Shown here piece by piece: positions 1 to 9,622 of a stretch of DNA of 61,766 nt (positions are counted from its first letter, which is position 1; each line of letters opens with the position of its first letter). Under the pieces are notes generated by a model that saw nothing but the letters and a program-made list of their open reading frames with translations, was not told where the DNA came from and made no database searches. This DNA comes from an uncultured Alphaproteobacteria bacterium. Lineage in GTDB: Bacteria; Pseudomonadota; Alphaproteobacteria; RF32; CAG-239. The position numbers were made by a program, and so were the translations under genes. The stretch spans positions 1 through 61,766 of the forward strand of contig CALXUO010000005.1 in NCBI GenBank assembly GCA_944391695.1, read 5' to 3'.

Positions 1-268
1 GATTTGTAGGATGAATATCAAGCTTTTTGGCTATTTCTCTATAGCTATAGCCTTGTTCTTCAAGAGATTGTATAACTTCTTGAGAAATAGCTTTTCTTCT
101 GAGGCGGGGCTCTCTTTTTAATCCATATTCATTAATTTTATTACGCAGAGTTGTCTGGCCAATAGAAAGTTTTTTGGCAATCTGTTCCAAAGTCAAATCA
201 CTGTCATATAAGTTTATAATCTCTTGTTTATTGCTGTCTATATAGCCTGTAATCAACTCAATCCGCAC
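1..268 (-). CDS. Tandem helix-turn-helix protein, partial (runs off the window start)
   Basis: Manual translation, not in the ORF track, from GTG at 268 (or TTG at 256): ...LTLEQIAKKLSIGQTTLRNKINEYGLK...YSYREIAKKLDIHPTN. Two HTH-like segments; the frame stays open to position 1. Confidence 0.6.
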   Translation of the reverse strand, partial: MRIELITGYIDSNKQEIINLYDSDLTLEQIAKKLSIGQTTLRNKINEYGLKREPRLRRKAISQEVIQSLEEQGYSYREIAKKLDIHPTN

Positions 269-403
269 CTTTTAGCAATATGTTCAAAAACCACCGTCTA
301 TTTGTCATAGTATACTCGGCAAAAAAAAACTGCGCCGATATTCTTATCTTGAACCGCATTATAAACAAACAAATCTAATAGCCGCAAGCCTTTTTTATGA
401 ATT

Positions 404-433
404 AACCACCTTTTCTATCAGATAGACGTGGTT
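404..433. promoter_or_regulatory. Palindromic operator-like site between divergent HTH genes
   Basis: TCTATC-A-GATAGA (414-426) nested inside AACCAC...GTGGTT (404-409 / 428-433). Confidence 0.3.
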
Positions 434-468
434 TTGTTTTAATTAAGCAAAACAAGGAGAAAAAACTG

Positions 469-690
469 ATGAACCTAAAGAAAATTATGCGCAACCAAAT
501 CGCACCGCAACTAATAAATTTACGCAAAGAAAAAGGATTGAGTCTTCAAGACGTGGCCTTGCAAACGCCACTATCGATGAATATGATTGCCCTGATGGAG
601 CAAGGCAAGCCTTTGGCAGCCCGCCACTACCAACGTTTGCTCAAGTTTTATGGCAAAGAAATGGATATTAGGCTAACGGATTTAAATTAA
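469..690 (+). CDS. XRE-family helix-turn-helix regulator
   Basis: LINLRKEKGLSLQDVA...IALMEQG fits the XRE/Cro HTH pattern; AAGGAG Shine-Dalgarno upstream. Confidence 0.7.
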   Translation: MNLKKIMRNQIAPQLINLRKEKGLSLQDVALQTPLSMNMIALMEQGKPLAARHYQRLLKFYGKEMDIRLTDLN

Positions 691-713
691 AAAAAGGGGG
701 AATTATCTCCCCC
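689..713 (-). terminator. Intrinsic terminator of thrS
   Basis: On the minus strand GGGGGA-GATAAT-TCCCCC followed by a T-run, just after the thrS stop. Confidence 0.65.
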
Positions 714-727
714 CCCCTGCTTTTCTT

Positions 728-2653
728 TTATTCCTCGGCATGAGGCATCTCTGCCTCTTTGACAAGAGATTTTATCAGCTCATCAAGGGCGAATACCTCT
801 TGCTTGTCTGAGCCAATGCGGCGGACGGTAACCGTGCGGTTCTCCTTCTCCTTGGCACCGACAACCGCAATTACCGGAATCTTTGCCACCGAATGCTCAC
901 GAATTTTGTAGTTTATCTTCTCGTTCCGCAAATCGGTCTTGACCAAAAGCCCCGCCTTTTGCATAGCAGAGGCAACCTCTTTGGCATAGTCGTCAAACTC
1001 GCTTACAATCGGGCAGACCACAACTTGCTCAGGTGATAGCCACAGCGGCAAACGACCGGCATGGTTTTCAATCAAGATGCCCAAAAATCTCTCTATCGAG
1101 CCAAACAACGCACGGTGCAACATTACCGGTTGATGCTTCTCGCCGTCTTCGCCGATATAGCTGATGTCAAACCTTTGCGGCAGATTCATATCAACCTGAA
1201 TTGTGCCGCACTGCCACTCACGGCCAATAGCGTCACGCAAAATAAACTCCAGCTTGGGACCATAGAAAGCGCCCTCGCCTTCATTAATTTCAAAAGCATA
1301 GCCGTGCGAAGTTAAAGCATTGGCTAAAGATTTTTCGCACAAGTCCCATATCTCGTCAGAACCAATACGCTTCTCCGGACGGGTGGAAAGATAAATCTTT
1401 ACCTCCTCAAAACCAAAGTCTTTGTAAATATCCAAAATCAACTTTAGCGTGGTGATGCATTCTTCTTCCATTTGCTCGGGCGTGCAGAAAATATGCGCAT
1501 CGTCTTGCGTGAACTCCCTAACCCGCATCAAACCCATCAAGGAACCTGATGCCTCATAGCGGTTGACCTTGCCAAACTCCGCCATGCGCAACGGCAAATC
1601 ACGATAGGACTTAATACCTTGCTTATATACCAACAAACCACCGGGGCAGTTCATCGGTTTAATACAAAACCATTTCTTGTCCTCAGTCTGACCGGAATAG
1701 TTGTGAGCGCCATACTTTTCCCAGTGGCCCGAGGTCTCCCACAAACATCTGTCCATAACCCTTGGTGTTGAAACCTCAATGTAGCCGTTATGCTCTTGAC
1801 GGTTGCGCATATACTCAATCAGTTTGCGATAGATTCTATAACCTTTGTCATGCCAAAATACCGCACCGGGAGCATATTCCGGCTCAAAATGGAACAAGTC
1901 CATCTCACGGCCAAGTTTGCGGTGGTCGCGCTTGGCTGCCTCTTCCAACATATCCAAATAGGCTTTCAAATCTTTTTTGTCAGCCCAGGCCGTGGCATAG
2001 ATACGTTGCAACATCTCTTTGGTAGAATCGCCGCGCCAATATGCACCGGCAACTTTCATAAGCTTGAAGGCATCGCCAATCTTGCCAGTTGAGGGAACAT
2101 GAGGCCCCCTGCACAAATCGGTGAATGAGCCTTGCGAATAAAGCGATATAACCTCACTTTCCGGCAAATCCTCAATAATCTCGGCTTTGTAATTTTCGCC
2201 CAAGTCTTTGAAAAATTTAATTGCCTCAGCCCGCGGCAACACCTTGCGCTCAATCTTTTCATCACGCTTTACTATCTCGTGCATGCGGGCTTCTATCTTC
2301 TCAAAATCCTCGGTCGTAAACGGCTCTTGGCGCGAAAAGTCATAGTAAAAACCGTTTTCAATGGCAGGTCCTATCGTTACCTGAACATTGGGCCAGAGCT
2401 CTTTTACCGCCTGTGCCATAACGTGAGAACACGAGTGACGCAAGATGTTTAAGCCCTCTTGATCCTTGCCGGTAATGATGGTTACGGTTGCGTCGGTAGT
2501 GATGGGAGTGCTTAAATCTGTCAGTTTTCCGTTTACTTTTACGGCCAAAGCTGCTTTGGCCAAGTTTGAGCTAATCTGGGAGGCAACATCAAAACCGTTT
2601 GCCCCCTCTTTAATTTCCATCATACTGCCATCAGGCAATTTAATCGCAACCAT
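728..2653 (-). CDS. thrS: Threonine--tRNA ligase
   Basis: N-terminal TGS domain, editing motifs RHSCSHVMAQA and DLCRGPH, KPMNCP, RVREFTQDDAH, HRALFGSIERF. Confidence 0.99.
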   Translation of the reverse strand: MVAIKLPDGSMMEIKEGANGFDVASQISSNLAKAALAVKVNGKLTDLSTPITTDATVTIITGKDQEGLNILRHSCSHVMAQAVKELWPNVQVTIGPAIENGFYYDFSRQEPFTTEDFEKIEARMHEIVKRDEKIERKVLPRAEAIKFFKDLGENYKAEIIEDLPESEVISLYSQGSFTDLCRGPHVPSTGKIGDAFKLMKVAGAYWRGDSTKEMLQRIYATAWADKKDLKAYLDMLEEAAKRDHRKLGREMDLFHFEPEYAPGAVFWHDKGYRIYRKLIEYMRNRQEHNGYIEVSTPRVMDRCLWETSGHWEKYGAHNYSGQTEDKKWFCIKPMNCPGGLLVYKQGIKSYRDLPLRMAEFGKVNRYEASGSLMGLMRVREFTQDDAHIFCTPEQMEEECITTLKLILDIYKDFGFEEVKIYLSTRPEKRIGSDEIWDLCEKSLANALTSHGYAFEINEGEGAFYGPKLEFILRDAIGREWQCGTIQVDMNLPQRFDISYIGEDGEKHQPVMLHRALFGSIERFLGILIENHAGRLPLWLSPEQVVVCPIVSEFDDYAKEVASAMQKAGLLVKTDLRNEKINYKIREHSVAKIPVIAVVGAKEKENRTVTVRRIGSDKQEVFALDELIKSLVKEAEMPHAEE

Positions 2654-2671
2654 ATTAAATATTCCTTTCTG

Positions 2672-3820
2672 TTATTTCAGCAGTTCTTGATAAACCGCTA
2701 TCGTCTTGTTACACATTATTTCTTTTGTAAAGTTTTCCTTTACATTTTTTATCGCCGCCTGAGAAATTTTGGCTCTTTCTTTTGGCGATAGATTCAACGC
2801 CCAGTCTATTGCATCGGCAAGACTTTGCGCCGAATTGCTCTCAAACAACTTGCCGGTTACGCCGTCAATCGTGTTATCAAGCGAGCCCCCAATATTGGAG
2901 GCTAAAACTATTTTGCCCATGGCCTGCCCCTCTATGGCAGCGCGGCCAAAAGCCTCCGGCCTAATCGCGGCTGACAATACAACATCTGATATCATCAACA
3001 ACGCCGGTATGTCAAAACTATGCTCTATAAACTCTACCTTGCCGCCAAGATTGTACTTCTTGACCAGGTCTTTTAACTTATTGGTATAATGAACGCGTCC
3101 TTGATCGGAACCAACAATCAAACAATAAAAATCTCTGCTCTTTACCTTGCTTAGAGCTTCTAATAAAAGATGCTGCCCTTTCCACCTGGTAACACGCCCA
3201 ATAAGCGAAATAATCGGTTTGTCCTCTGGAATGTGATTATCTCTTAACGCCTTGATAATTCGCTCTTGCGTAACTTTGTCGGGACTGAAATTATCAATAT
3301 TTACACAACGATAAATCGACCTTATCTTTTTTTCGTCAACCCCATATTCTTTTATCAGGTGGTTTTTGATGTGGGTGGAGATGGCTATTACCAATTTGCC
3401 GTAGGTCATAACCCGATTGTAAATCTTCTTGATCCCCAAAGGCCCCAGACCATAGCTGCCATGAAACGTGGTTACAAAAACAGCTCCGGTCTTTTTGGCT
3501 GCCCAATACGCACTCCACGCCGGAGCACGTGACCTGGCATGAACGATATTAATACCGTTGTCTTTTATTATCTTGGCAAGCCTTTTGGCATTGAGCCACA
3601 ATTTGATGGGATTTTTGGTCTTTAGCGGAAGCTCAAAATGTTTTACTTTAAGTTTTTGTAAATCATAGACCATCCTGCCGCCGGATGATGCAACAAAATT
3701 TTTGATACCCGCAGCCTGCAGGCCGGAGGCTATCTCAACCGTGCCAACCTCGACACCGCCATGGTTTAGCTCGGGCAAAACCTGCAAAACAACCGGTCTA
3801 GATGCTTTATTTTCAACCAT
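2672..3820 (-). CDS. Glycosyltransferase family 4 (GT-B)
   Basis: LQVLPELNHGGVE, HARSRAPAW, EAFGRAAIEGQAMG (EX7E motif). Confidence 0.92.
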   Translation of the reverse strand: MVENKASRPVVLQVLPELNHGGVEVGTVEIASGLQAAGIKNFVASSGGRMVYDLQKLKVKHFELPLKTKNPIKLWLNAKRLAKIIKDNGINIVHARSRAPAWSAYWAAKKTGAVFVTTFHGSYGLGPLGIKKIYNRVMTYGKLVIAISTHIKNHLIKEYGVDEKKIRSIYRCVNIDNFSPDKVTQERIIKALRDNHIPEDKPIISLIGRVTRWKGQHLLLEALSKVKSRDFYCLIVGSDQGRVHYTNKLKDLVKKYNLGGKVEFIEHSFDIPALLMISDVVLSAAIRPEAFGRAAIEGQAMGKIVLASNIGGSLDNTIDGVTGKLFESNSAQSLADAIDWALNLSPKERAKISQAAIKNVKENFTKEIMCNKTIAVYQELLK

Positions 3821-3951
3821 TAGTCCCCTCTTAGGAAATAAATATTTTTTAAGATATTATATTTTGTGACCGTTGCCAAGCTAGAATCGGCTTAAGTCAA
3901 CAGAAATTGAGTCTATCGCACTAAGATATTCTTTGCAACAGCAAAATAAAT

Positions 3952-3983
3952 AAAAAATCCGCCTTATAATAGACGGATTTTTT
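3952..3983 (-). terminator. Intrinsic terminator upstream of the GT4-thrS genes
   Basis: Minus strand AAAAAATCCGTCT-ATTATA-AGGCGGATTTTTT. One pair is a G-U wobble only on the minus strand. Confidence 0.7.
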
Positions 3984-4059
3984 GTGTTTGTGTGTGTATT
4001 AATAATAATAGCGGACGATGCCTTAATTTTCATATATTAAATTTGCTTTTTCTGTTGCT

Positions 4060-4109
4060 TTTTATAACATCTTTCTGTTATAAAAGTAAAGTAAGCACTT
4101 AAAAGTGCT
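4060..4109. promoter_or_regulatory. Two palindromes upstream of the HxlR-family gene (candidate operators and overlapping divergent promoters)
   Basis: TTTTATAACA-N6-TGTTATAAAA (4060-4085) and AGCACTT-AA-AAGTGCT (4094-4109). Confidence 0.5.
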
Positions 4110-4164
4110 ATAGTTCCCTTTGAGATACTAATTTGAAATTTCAAGTATTTAAGGAGTTTTTTTG

Positions 4165-4506
4165 ATGATTGATGATGTACAAAAATACTTGGCTGAAATG
4201 ACCGCTAAACTAATCGGTGATCGTTGGAAAATGCAAATTATCCAGAATCTTATGGACGGAACTAAACGATTTGGCGAATTGAAAAAATCTCTCGGGAATA
4301 TTACTCAAAAGGTTTTGACTTCCAACTTAAGAGCTTTGGAAGAAAAAGGGTTGGTTGTCCGTGAGGTTTATGCTCAAATTCCTCCCAAAGTTGAATACAC
4401 TTTGACAGCTATGGGATATGCCCTAAAACCAGTTATTGAATCCATGATTGCCTGGGGAGCCGAATATCGCGAAAATATGTTGCTTGGAATCGAGAATTTG
4501 GCCTAA
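4165..4506 (+). CDS. HxlR/DUF24-family winged-helix regulator
   Basis: IGDRWKMQII, GTKRFGELKKSL, TQKVLTSNLRALE, PPKVEYTLT; AAGGAG 8 nt before the ATG at 4165. Confidence 0.92.
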   Translation: MIDDVQKYLAEMTAKLIGDRWKMQIIQNLMDGTKRFGELKKSLGNITQKVLTSNLRALEEKGLVVREVYAQIPPKVEYTLTAMGYALKPVIESMIAWGAEYRENMLLGIENLA

Positions 4507-6458
4507 GGATTGTTCCACAAACGATGACCTATGTCTTCGCGGATAGTCTTGACTATAAACTCATTATCACTTTGTTTATATACACTAAATCCTAAAGTAT
4601 CTTCAATGTTATAACTTGAAGAACCGATGCTTATTTTTGAGCCGTTTATTTTTAGCTCGGGATGCAAAGAAAGTTTGGTTTTGCTATCGGCAAACGGATA
4701 TTTGTTTTTCCAAACACTCTTGATAAAACGTCCGCTGCGACCGGAGGTAAACTCTAACTCCCCGCTTTCATTCTTAAACGCAAACACTCTTAAATCTGAA
4801 CTTACCAAAATATCCGGCACTTTGGTACAAAAAATACTAAGACAACCCACGCATATTCCAATCCAACCAAGTTTGCGCCAATTGGCTTGCCACAACATTA
4901 GCCACAATCCGCCAATAACTATTGCCAACAAACCCCAGTCTGGCATGGATAATACTTTATATCCGGCATAGGGCAAAGACGAAACAAAGGCCGTGATATC
5001 ATTGACCCAACCAATTCCCAATCCTACAACCTTTAAAAATGGAATATCCATCCCAAACGGCATAAGCAACATACTCAACAAAACAAACGGCATGATTATA
5101 AGGCCGATTATCGGACCGGCCAGAAAATTGCCTAAAGTGGTATAAAGTGCAACCATGTTAAAGTGATATATGGCAAAAGGCAATGTCATCACCGAGGCTA
5201 TGAAGTCAGATATAACCACACCCAAAATATAAAGAACAACACCCCTTCCCCATTTGTTAAGCCCGTCGACTTTTAGGAATTTTTGAACTTTGAGAGCAAC
5301 CTTTTCATAAAATGCTATCAAGCCTAAAACCGCAGCAAATGACATCTGAAAGCTTGCCGACATCAGAACCTCGGGCGAAATGAGCAAAACCAAAAACGCC
5401 GCCAAACTTATTGTATACATCGAGATGGCGCGTCGGTTAGTTAAAACACCCAAAAGCACTACAAATGTCATAATAAAAGCTCTTTGTGCCGGAATATCAT
5501 TGCCCGAGATAAACAAATAAATCAAACTTATTATAATTGCAAAAACTGCCGAAATCTTTTTGGTATCCATCCGTACCGCAACCAACGGAAAACACGCCAA
5601 AACAAATCTTACCAGAAAAAACATCAGCCCTGCCAACATACTCATATGAAGACCTGATATTGATAAGAAATGCGCCAGACCAGAATTGCGGTATTGTTCG
5701 TTTAGTTTTTGGGTAATTAAACCTCGTTCACCGGCAATAATTGCCGCAGTTATGGCCGCTTCATCATCTGGCAAAACAGATTTTATATGCTTAACCATCT
5801 TTTGCCGAATATCATAAACAAAAGCTAAAAACGATCTGGTATTGCCTCCTTTGCTGCAGTCGGTTATAAACCAACGGCTCTGTGCAAAACCTGATCCTTT
5901 TAATCCTTGAAAATAACTTTTGCGGTCAAACTGATAGCCGCCGACAACTACTTCTTTGGATAATGGAGAGATGCTTCCGATTAACTCCACACATTGGCCT
6001 AGCTTGGCATCTCCTTTCTTGGAACGTTGGGTTATACGATATAATCCTTTATAAACATGCCCGTCAAAATCTTCCAGATTTTGTAGGATAAAACGCTTTC
6101 TTCCCTGATAATTACTATCTATACCTACAATTTCACCCTTAAAATAAAACGGTATATCAGGAAGATCTTCGGCTGGCAAATAAAGTGAAAGGCTTTTTAT
6201 TTGTACAACCGTAAAGCCCAAAACTACCAACGCAATAAGCCCTAATAGCTTAAGAGCTTTAATGTGGTACCTTAAAATTACGGCGGCAACAATAAGCCCT
6301 TCGATTACCGTCAATGTCAGCCATTTGGACGGCTCTTGTTTAAGAGCAAAATAAATCCCGATACCAAGCCCAAACAGTACCGGATACCATAAAATAAGCC
6401 TTGAAATATCTGCTTTGAAATTGTTTTGCAAATACTCTTTAAGAGAGGATATCATCAT
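4503..6458 (-). CDS. comEC: ComEC/Rec2 competence membrane protein (no C-terminal metallo-beta-lactamase domain)
   Basis: GGYQFDRKSYF, SGLAHFLSISGLHM, PAQRAFIM, SFQMSFAAV; ATGA overlap with the lpxB stop. Confidence 0.93.
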   Translation of the reverse strand: MMISSLKEYLQNNFKADISRLILWYPVLFGLGIGIYFALKQEPSKWLTLTVIEGLIVAAVILRYHIKALKLLGLIALVVLGFTVVQIKSLSLYLPAEDLPDIPFYFKGEIVGIDSNYQGRKRFILQNLEDFDGHVYKGLYRITQRSKKGDAKLGQCVELIGSISPLSKEVVVGGYQFDRKSYFQGLKGSGFAQSRWFITDCSKGGNTRSFLAFVYDIRQKMVKHIKSVLPDDEAAITAAIIAGERGLITQKLNEQYRNSGLAHFLSISGLHMSMLAGLMFFLVRFVLACFPLVAVRMDTKKISAVFAIIISLIYLFISGNDIPAQRAFIMTFVVLLGVLTNRRAISMYTISLAAFLVLLISPEVLMSASFQMSFAAVLGLIAFYEKVALKVQKFLKVDGLNKWGRGVVLYILGVVISDFIASVMTLPFAIYHFNMVALYTTLGNFLAGPIIGLIIMPFVLLSMLLMPFGMDIPFLKVVGLGIGWVNDITAFVSSLPYAGYKVLSMPDWGLLAIVIGGLWLMLWQANWRKLGWIGICVGCLSIFCTKVPDILVSSDLRVFAFKNESGELEFTSGRSGRFIKSVWKNKYPFADSKTKLSLHPELKINGSKISIGSSSYNIEDTLGFSVYKQSDNEFIVKTIREDIGHRLWNNP

Positions 6459-7615
6459 TTGGCTTTCAAGATTTCATCGGCGGCATTTTGGCTGGGAGTT
6501 TGACTGCCGCAACTTAAATGCTCTTTTATTTTGGCAAAACCTTCTATCTGCCGCTCATAAGCACTACCGTTTTTCAAAAGCTCTAAAATCTCGGTTACAA
6601 TATTATCGCTGGTGCACTTATCCTGCAAAAGCTCGGGAACAACTGAGTATCCAAGTAACAAGTTAGTCAAGTTAACATATTTTATTTTAACCAGGTGTTT
6701 GGCCAAAAAATATGTTAATGGCGAAACTTTATAAGCAATAATATGCGGAATGTTACAAATAGCCAATTCCAACGCCACGGTGCCGGAGGCTGCAATTGCC
6801 GCTGATGAGGCCTGAAAAGCACTATAACGATCTGCCTCGGTTTCTACTACCGCCAGAGGAAGTTTGCTTCCTTTAGTCATTTGTTTTACCCTTGAGGCAA
6901 CGGTTTTAACCGTGGGTAAAACAAAACAAATATCAGGATTTAGATCATATAGTTTTTGCGCCGCCGCCAAAAAATCAGGTAACAATTTTACAACCTCGGT
7001 ATGGCGTGATCCGGGCAAAATAGAAATAATTTGTTTTTCGGGGGCTATGTTAAATTTGCTCCTAAAATCGGCTCCGTCGGCCTTTAGAACATCACTTTCT
7101 ATAACCGGATGCCCTACAAACACCGTCTTAAGATGGTGTTTGGTAAAATATTGCGGTTCTTTGGGAAGCAAGGTTAACAGCTCATCAATATATTTATACA
7201 TCGTTTTGGCGCGACGTTTCTTCCACGCCCAAACTTGGGGGGCGACATAGTGTATTTGTTTTATGCCTAAATTGAGCTTACGCAAGGCCTTGTGAATTCG
7301 ACTGCAAAAACTCCAGCTGTCTATGGTTACAACCACATCGGGGTTTTTATTTTTGATATCGGCAATTGTTTCGTTAATGCGACGCAAAACCCTTGGAATA
7401 CTGGGTATAACCTCAAAAATACCCATTACCGCAAGCTCTGATATGTCAAACAGCGATTTGAGCCCTTCTTGCTCCATAGTATCACCGCCCAGGCCAAAAA
7501 ATTCTACACTTCCCTTAGTTTTTTCACGCAAGGCACGCATCAGCCTTGAGCCTAACAAATCGCCGCTGGCCTCTCCTGATATGAGATATATCCTAGTCTT
7601 GGTTGAGGTAGTCAT
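6455..7615 (-). CDS. lpxB: Lipid-A-disaccharide synthase
   Basis: ISGEASGDLLG, HYVAPQVWAWK, FVGHP, LPGSR, ASGTVALE. Confidence 0.97.
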   Translation of the reverse strand: MTTSTKTRIYLISGEASGDLLGSRLMRALREKTKGSVEFFGLGGDTMEQEGLKSLFDISELAVMGIFEVIPSIPRVLRRINETIADIKNKNPDVVVTIDSWSFCSRIHKALRKLNLGIKQIHYVAPQVWAWKKRRAKTMYKYIDELLTLLPKEPQYFTKHHLKTVFVGHPVIESDVLKADGADFRSKFNIAPEKQIISILPGSRHTEVVKLLPDFLAAAQKLYDLNPDICFVLPTVKTVASRVKQMTKGSKLPLAVVETEADRYSAFQASSAAIAASGTVALELAICNIPHIIAYKVSPLTYFLAKHLVKIKYVNLTNLLLGYSVVPELLQDKCTSDNIVTEILELLKNGSAYERQIEGFAKIKEHLSCGSQTPSQNAADEILKAK

Positions 7616-8447
7616 CGGGATTTACTCCTATTATAAACATTTTGTATTTATCGGCCAAAGATATAGTCTCTTTTTCATCTACCATCAACCCATTGCCGGC
7701 ATGAATAACCAAACCCTCGATGCCGCTTTCATGCGCGCGCTCTATTGACCTGGGGCCAATGGTCGGCAAATCAATGCGCATATCTTGCTTGGGTTTGCGC
7801 AACTTTACCAAAACTCCACCACCGCCTTTGCGGCGATAATCTTTGCACCGACGAATTAGCTCGTCCGTTCCTTCTATGCCTTCAACCCCTAAAACCAATC
7901 CTTGTTGGACAACTACCGCCTGCCCAATATCCAGGCGTCCCAATTCATAAGCAGCCTCAATACCGCGTTTGATGTCAGATATATCGTATTTAGAGGGGTT
8001 TCTTTTGGTCAGCACTCCTTCTTTTACCAGCAACTCCGGCATTACCTCATGAATGCCTTTGACCTGCATTCCGTCTGCTTCTATCTCTTTAACCAATGCG
8101 CGCAAAATTCCGTCATCACCCAAAGCTTTGGCGCCTATTTTGGCAAAAAAAGCCGTAGTACGCAAATCTGGAACCAAATCAAAAAAACTGGGACGACGAA
8201 TTGTGCCTATCATTATGACATCTTGCACTTTATGCTCTGAAAAATATTTAAAACCCGTGCCGGCCTGTCCGATACGAATCCAGCGAAAAGGAAAATTTAC
8301 TCCTTCCTTAAACAAATTTTTATCGGCATTACCCTCTATTGCCAAAGCAACAAATTCTTTGCCTTGGGATAAACAATGATCTATCAACATTTGCGGTATT
8401 TTGCCACCACCTGCAATAATGCCTAATTTGCGCTGTGCTGAGCTCAT
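7593..8447 (-). CDS. lpxI: UDP-2,3-diacylglucosamine diphosphatase LpxI
   Basis: LGIIAGGGKIP, DIGQAVVV, EGIEGTDELI, KPKQDMRIDLPTIG; located between lpxA and lpxB. Confidence 0.93.
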   Translation of the reverse strand: MSSAQRKLGIIAGGGKIPQMLIDHCLSQGKEFVALAIEGNADKNLFKEGVNFPFRWIRIGQAGTGFKYFSEHKVQDVIMIGTIRRPSFFDLVPDLRTTAFFAKIGAKALGDDGILRALVKEIEADGMQVKGIHEVMPELLVKEGVLTKRNPSKYDISDIKRGIEAAYELGRLDIGQAVVVQQGLVLGVEGIEGTDELIRRCKDYRRKGGGGVLVKLRKPKQDMRIDLPTIGPRSIERAHESGIEGLVIHAGNGLMVDEKETISLADKYKMFIIGVNPDDYLNQD

Positions 8448-8669
8448 ATCTCTTATCCTTTATAAAAAAACAAAACTTGATATTTGATCTATCTTTCGGC
8501 TTTTTTTCAAAACAGCGGCTTTGGTTTATAAAAAACATCGGGCGACCGTTTCTAAATATTTGACCTAAGATATCATATATCAAGCTTTGTAAAAATTGAT
8601 TTAACTTTTGTCAAATCAATTATATGAGCCAGAATTTGGGACAATTTCCAAATCCCGGCCGAAATTATC

Positions 8670-9467
8670 CTATTCTGCAGTCATAACTTTACGACGCCCA
8701 GCCAAACCTTCGCTGATAAAATTAAGCTGCTCCATAACCAAAACATTATCTTTGTATTTTTCTTTGGCCTTTTCTACCCTGATGTCAAAAGTATCTTCTT
8801 TGCCTTTGAAAATATACATAAAGGCGTGGGTTACAGATTTGATGGTTGCTTCGTCCATACCGGAACGCATCATTCCGACACGGTTTAGACCTCGAAGTTT
8901 GCCTCTGTCTCCGGTTACAATACCAAACGGAATTACATCCCGGTCAACACCTGATAATCCTCCAACCATGGCTTTGCGCCCAATACGACAAAACTGGTGA
9001 ACCGCCGAATTGCCGCCTAATATAACTCCGTCGCCAAGACGAACATGGCCGCCAATAACCGCGTTGTTGGTCATAATAACATCGTTGCCGACAACACAAT
9101 CATGCGCAATGTGTGAATTTACCATAAGCATACACCCATCACCGACAACCGTAGTCTTATGTTCTTTGGGCGTACCTGCATGGATGGTTACATTTTCTCT
9201 GATAACGTTATTTTTGCCAATAATCACCTTGGCGCCTTCGACAAACTCATTGCCGTGATCTTGCGGGCCGGTGCCCAAACAAGCCCCGGGAAATACAACC
9301 GTACCATCCCCTATGGTGGTGTCACCATAGACGGTTACTCTGCCTAACAATTTAACATTTTCACCTATTTTGGCTTGTGAGCTTATCCAACAAAAAGGCC
9401 CAATCTCGGCTGTGTCTGCTATTTTGGCGCCATCTTCAATGACAGCTGTTGCATGAATCTTTGACAT
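8670..9467 (-). CDS. lpxA: Acyl-ACP--UDP-N-acetylglucosamine O-acyltransferase
   Basis: IHATAVIE start, hexapeptide repeats, HIAHDC, VHQFCRIG, GLNRVGM. Confidence 0.96.
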   Translation of the reverse strand: MSKIHATAVIEDGAKIADTAEIGPFCWISSQAKIGENVKLLGRVTVYGDTTIGDGTVVFPGACLGTGPQDHGNEFVEGAKVIIGKNNVIRENVTIHAGTPKEHKTTVVGDGCMLMVNSHIAHDCVVGNDVIMTNNAVIGGHVRLGDGVILGGNSAVHQFCRIGRKAMVGGLSGVDRDVIPFGIVTGDRGKLRGLNRVGMMRSGMDEATIKSVTHAFMYIFKGKEDTFDIRVEKAKEKYKDNVLVMEQLNFISEGLAGRRKVMTAE

Positions 9468-9622
9468 TATTATAAAGTCCTGTTTGGTTATATTTTTTCT
9501 GTTTCGACTTTAGCTAATATCCCAATCAATGGCAAAACACAAAAATTTTCCGATTGTTACAACAGCGCAACCAAATGAAAATCAACAATAAATTGCCTTG
9601 TCGGCTCTGTATAAATTACGCG

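Noticed and set aside
709-717. C9 homopolymer as a phase-variable tract
   Set aside because: It lies within the thrS terminator stem, not in a coding region or promoter.
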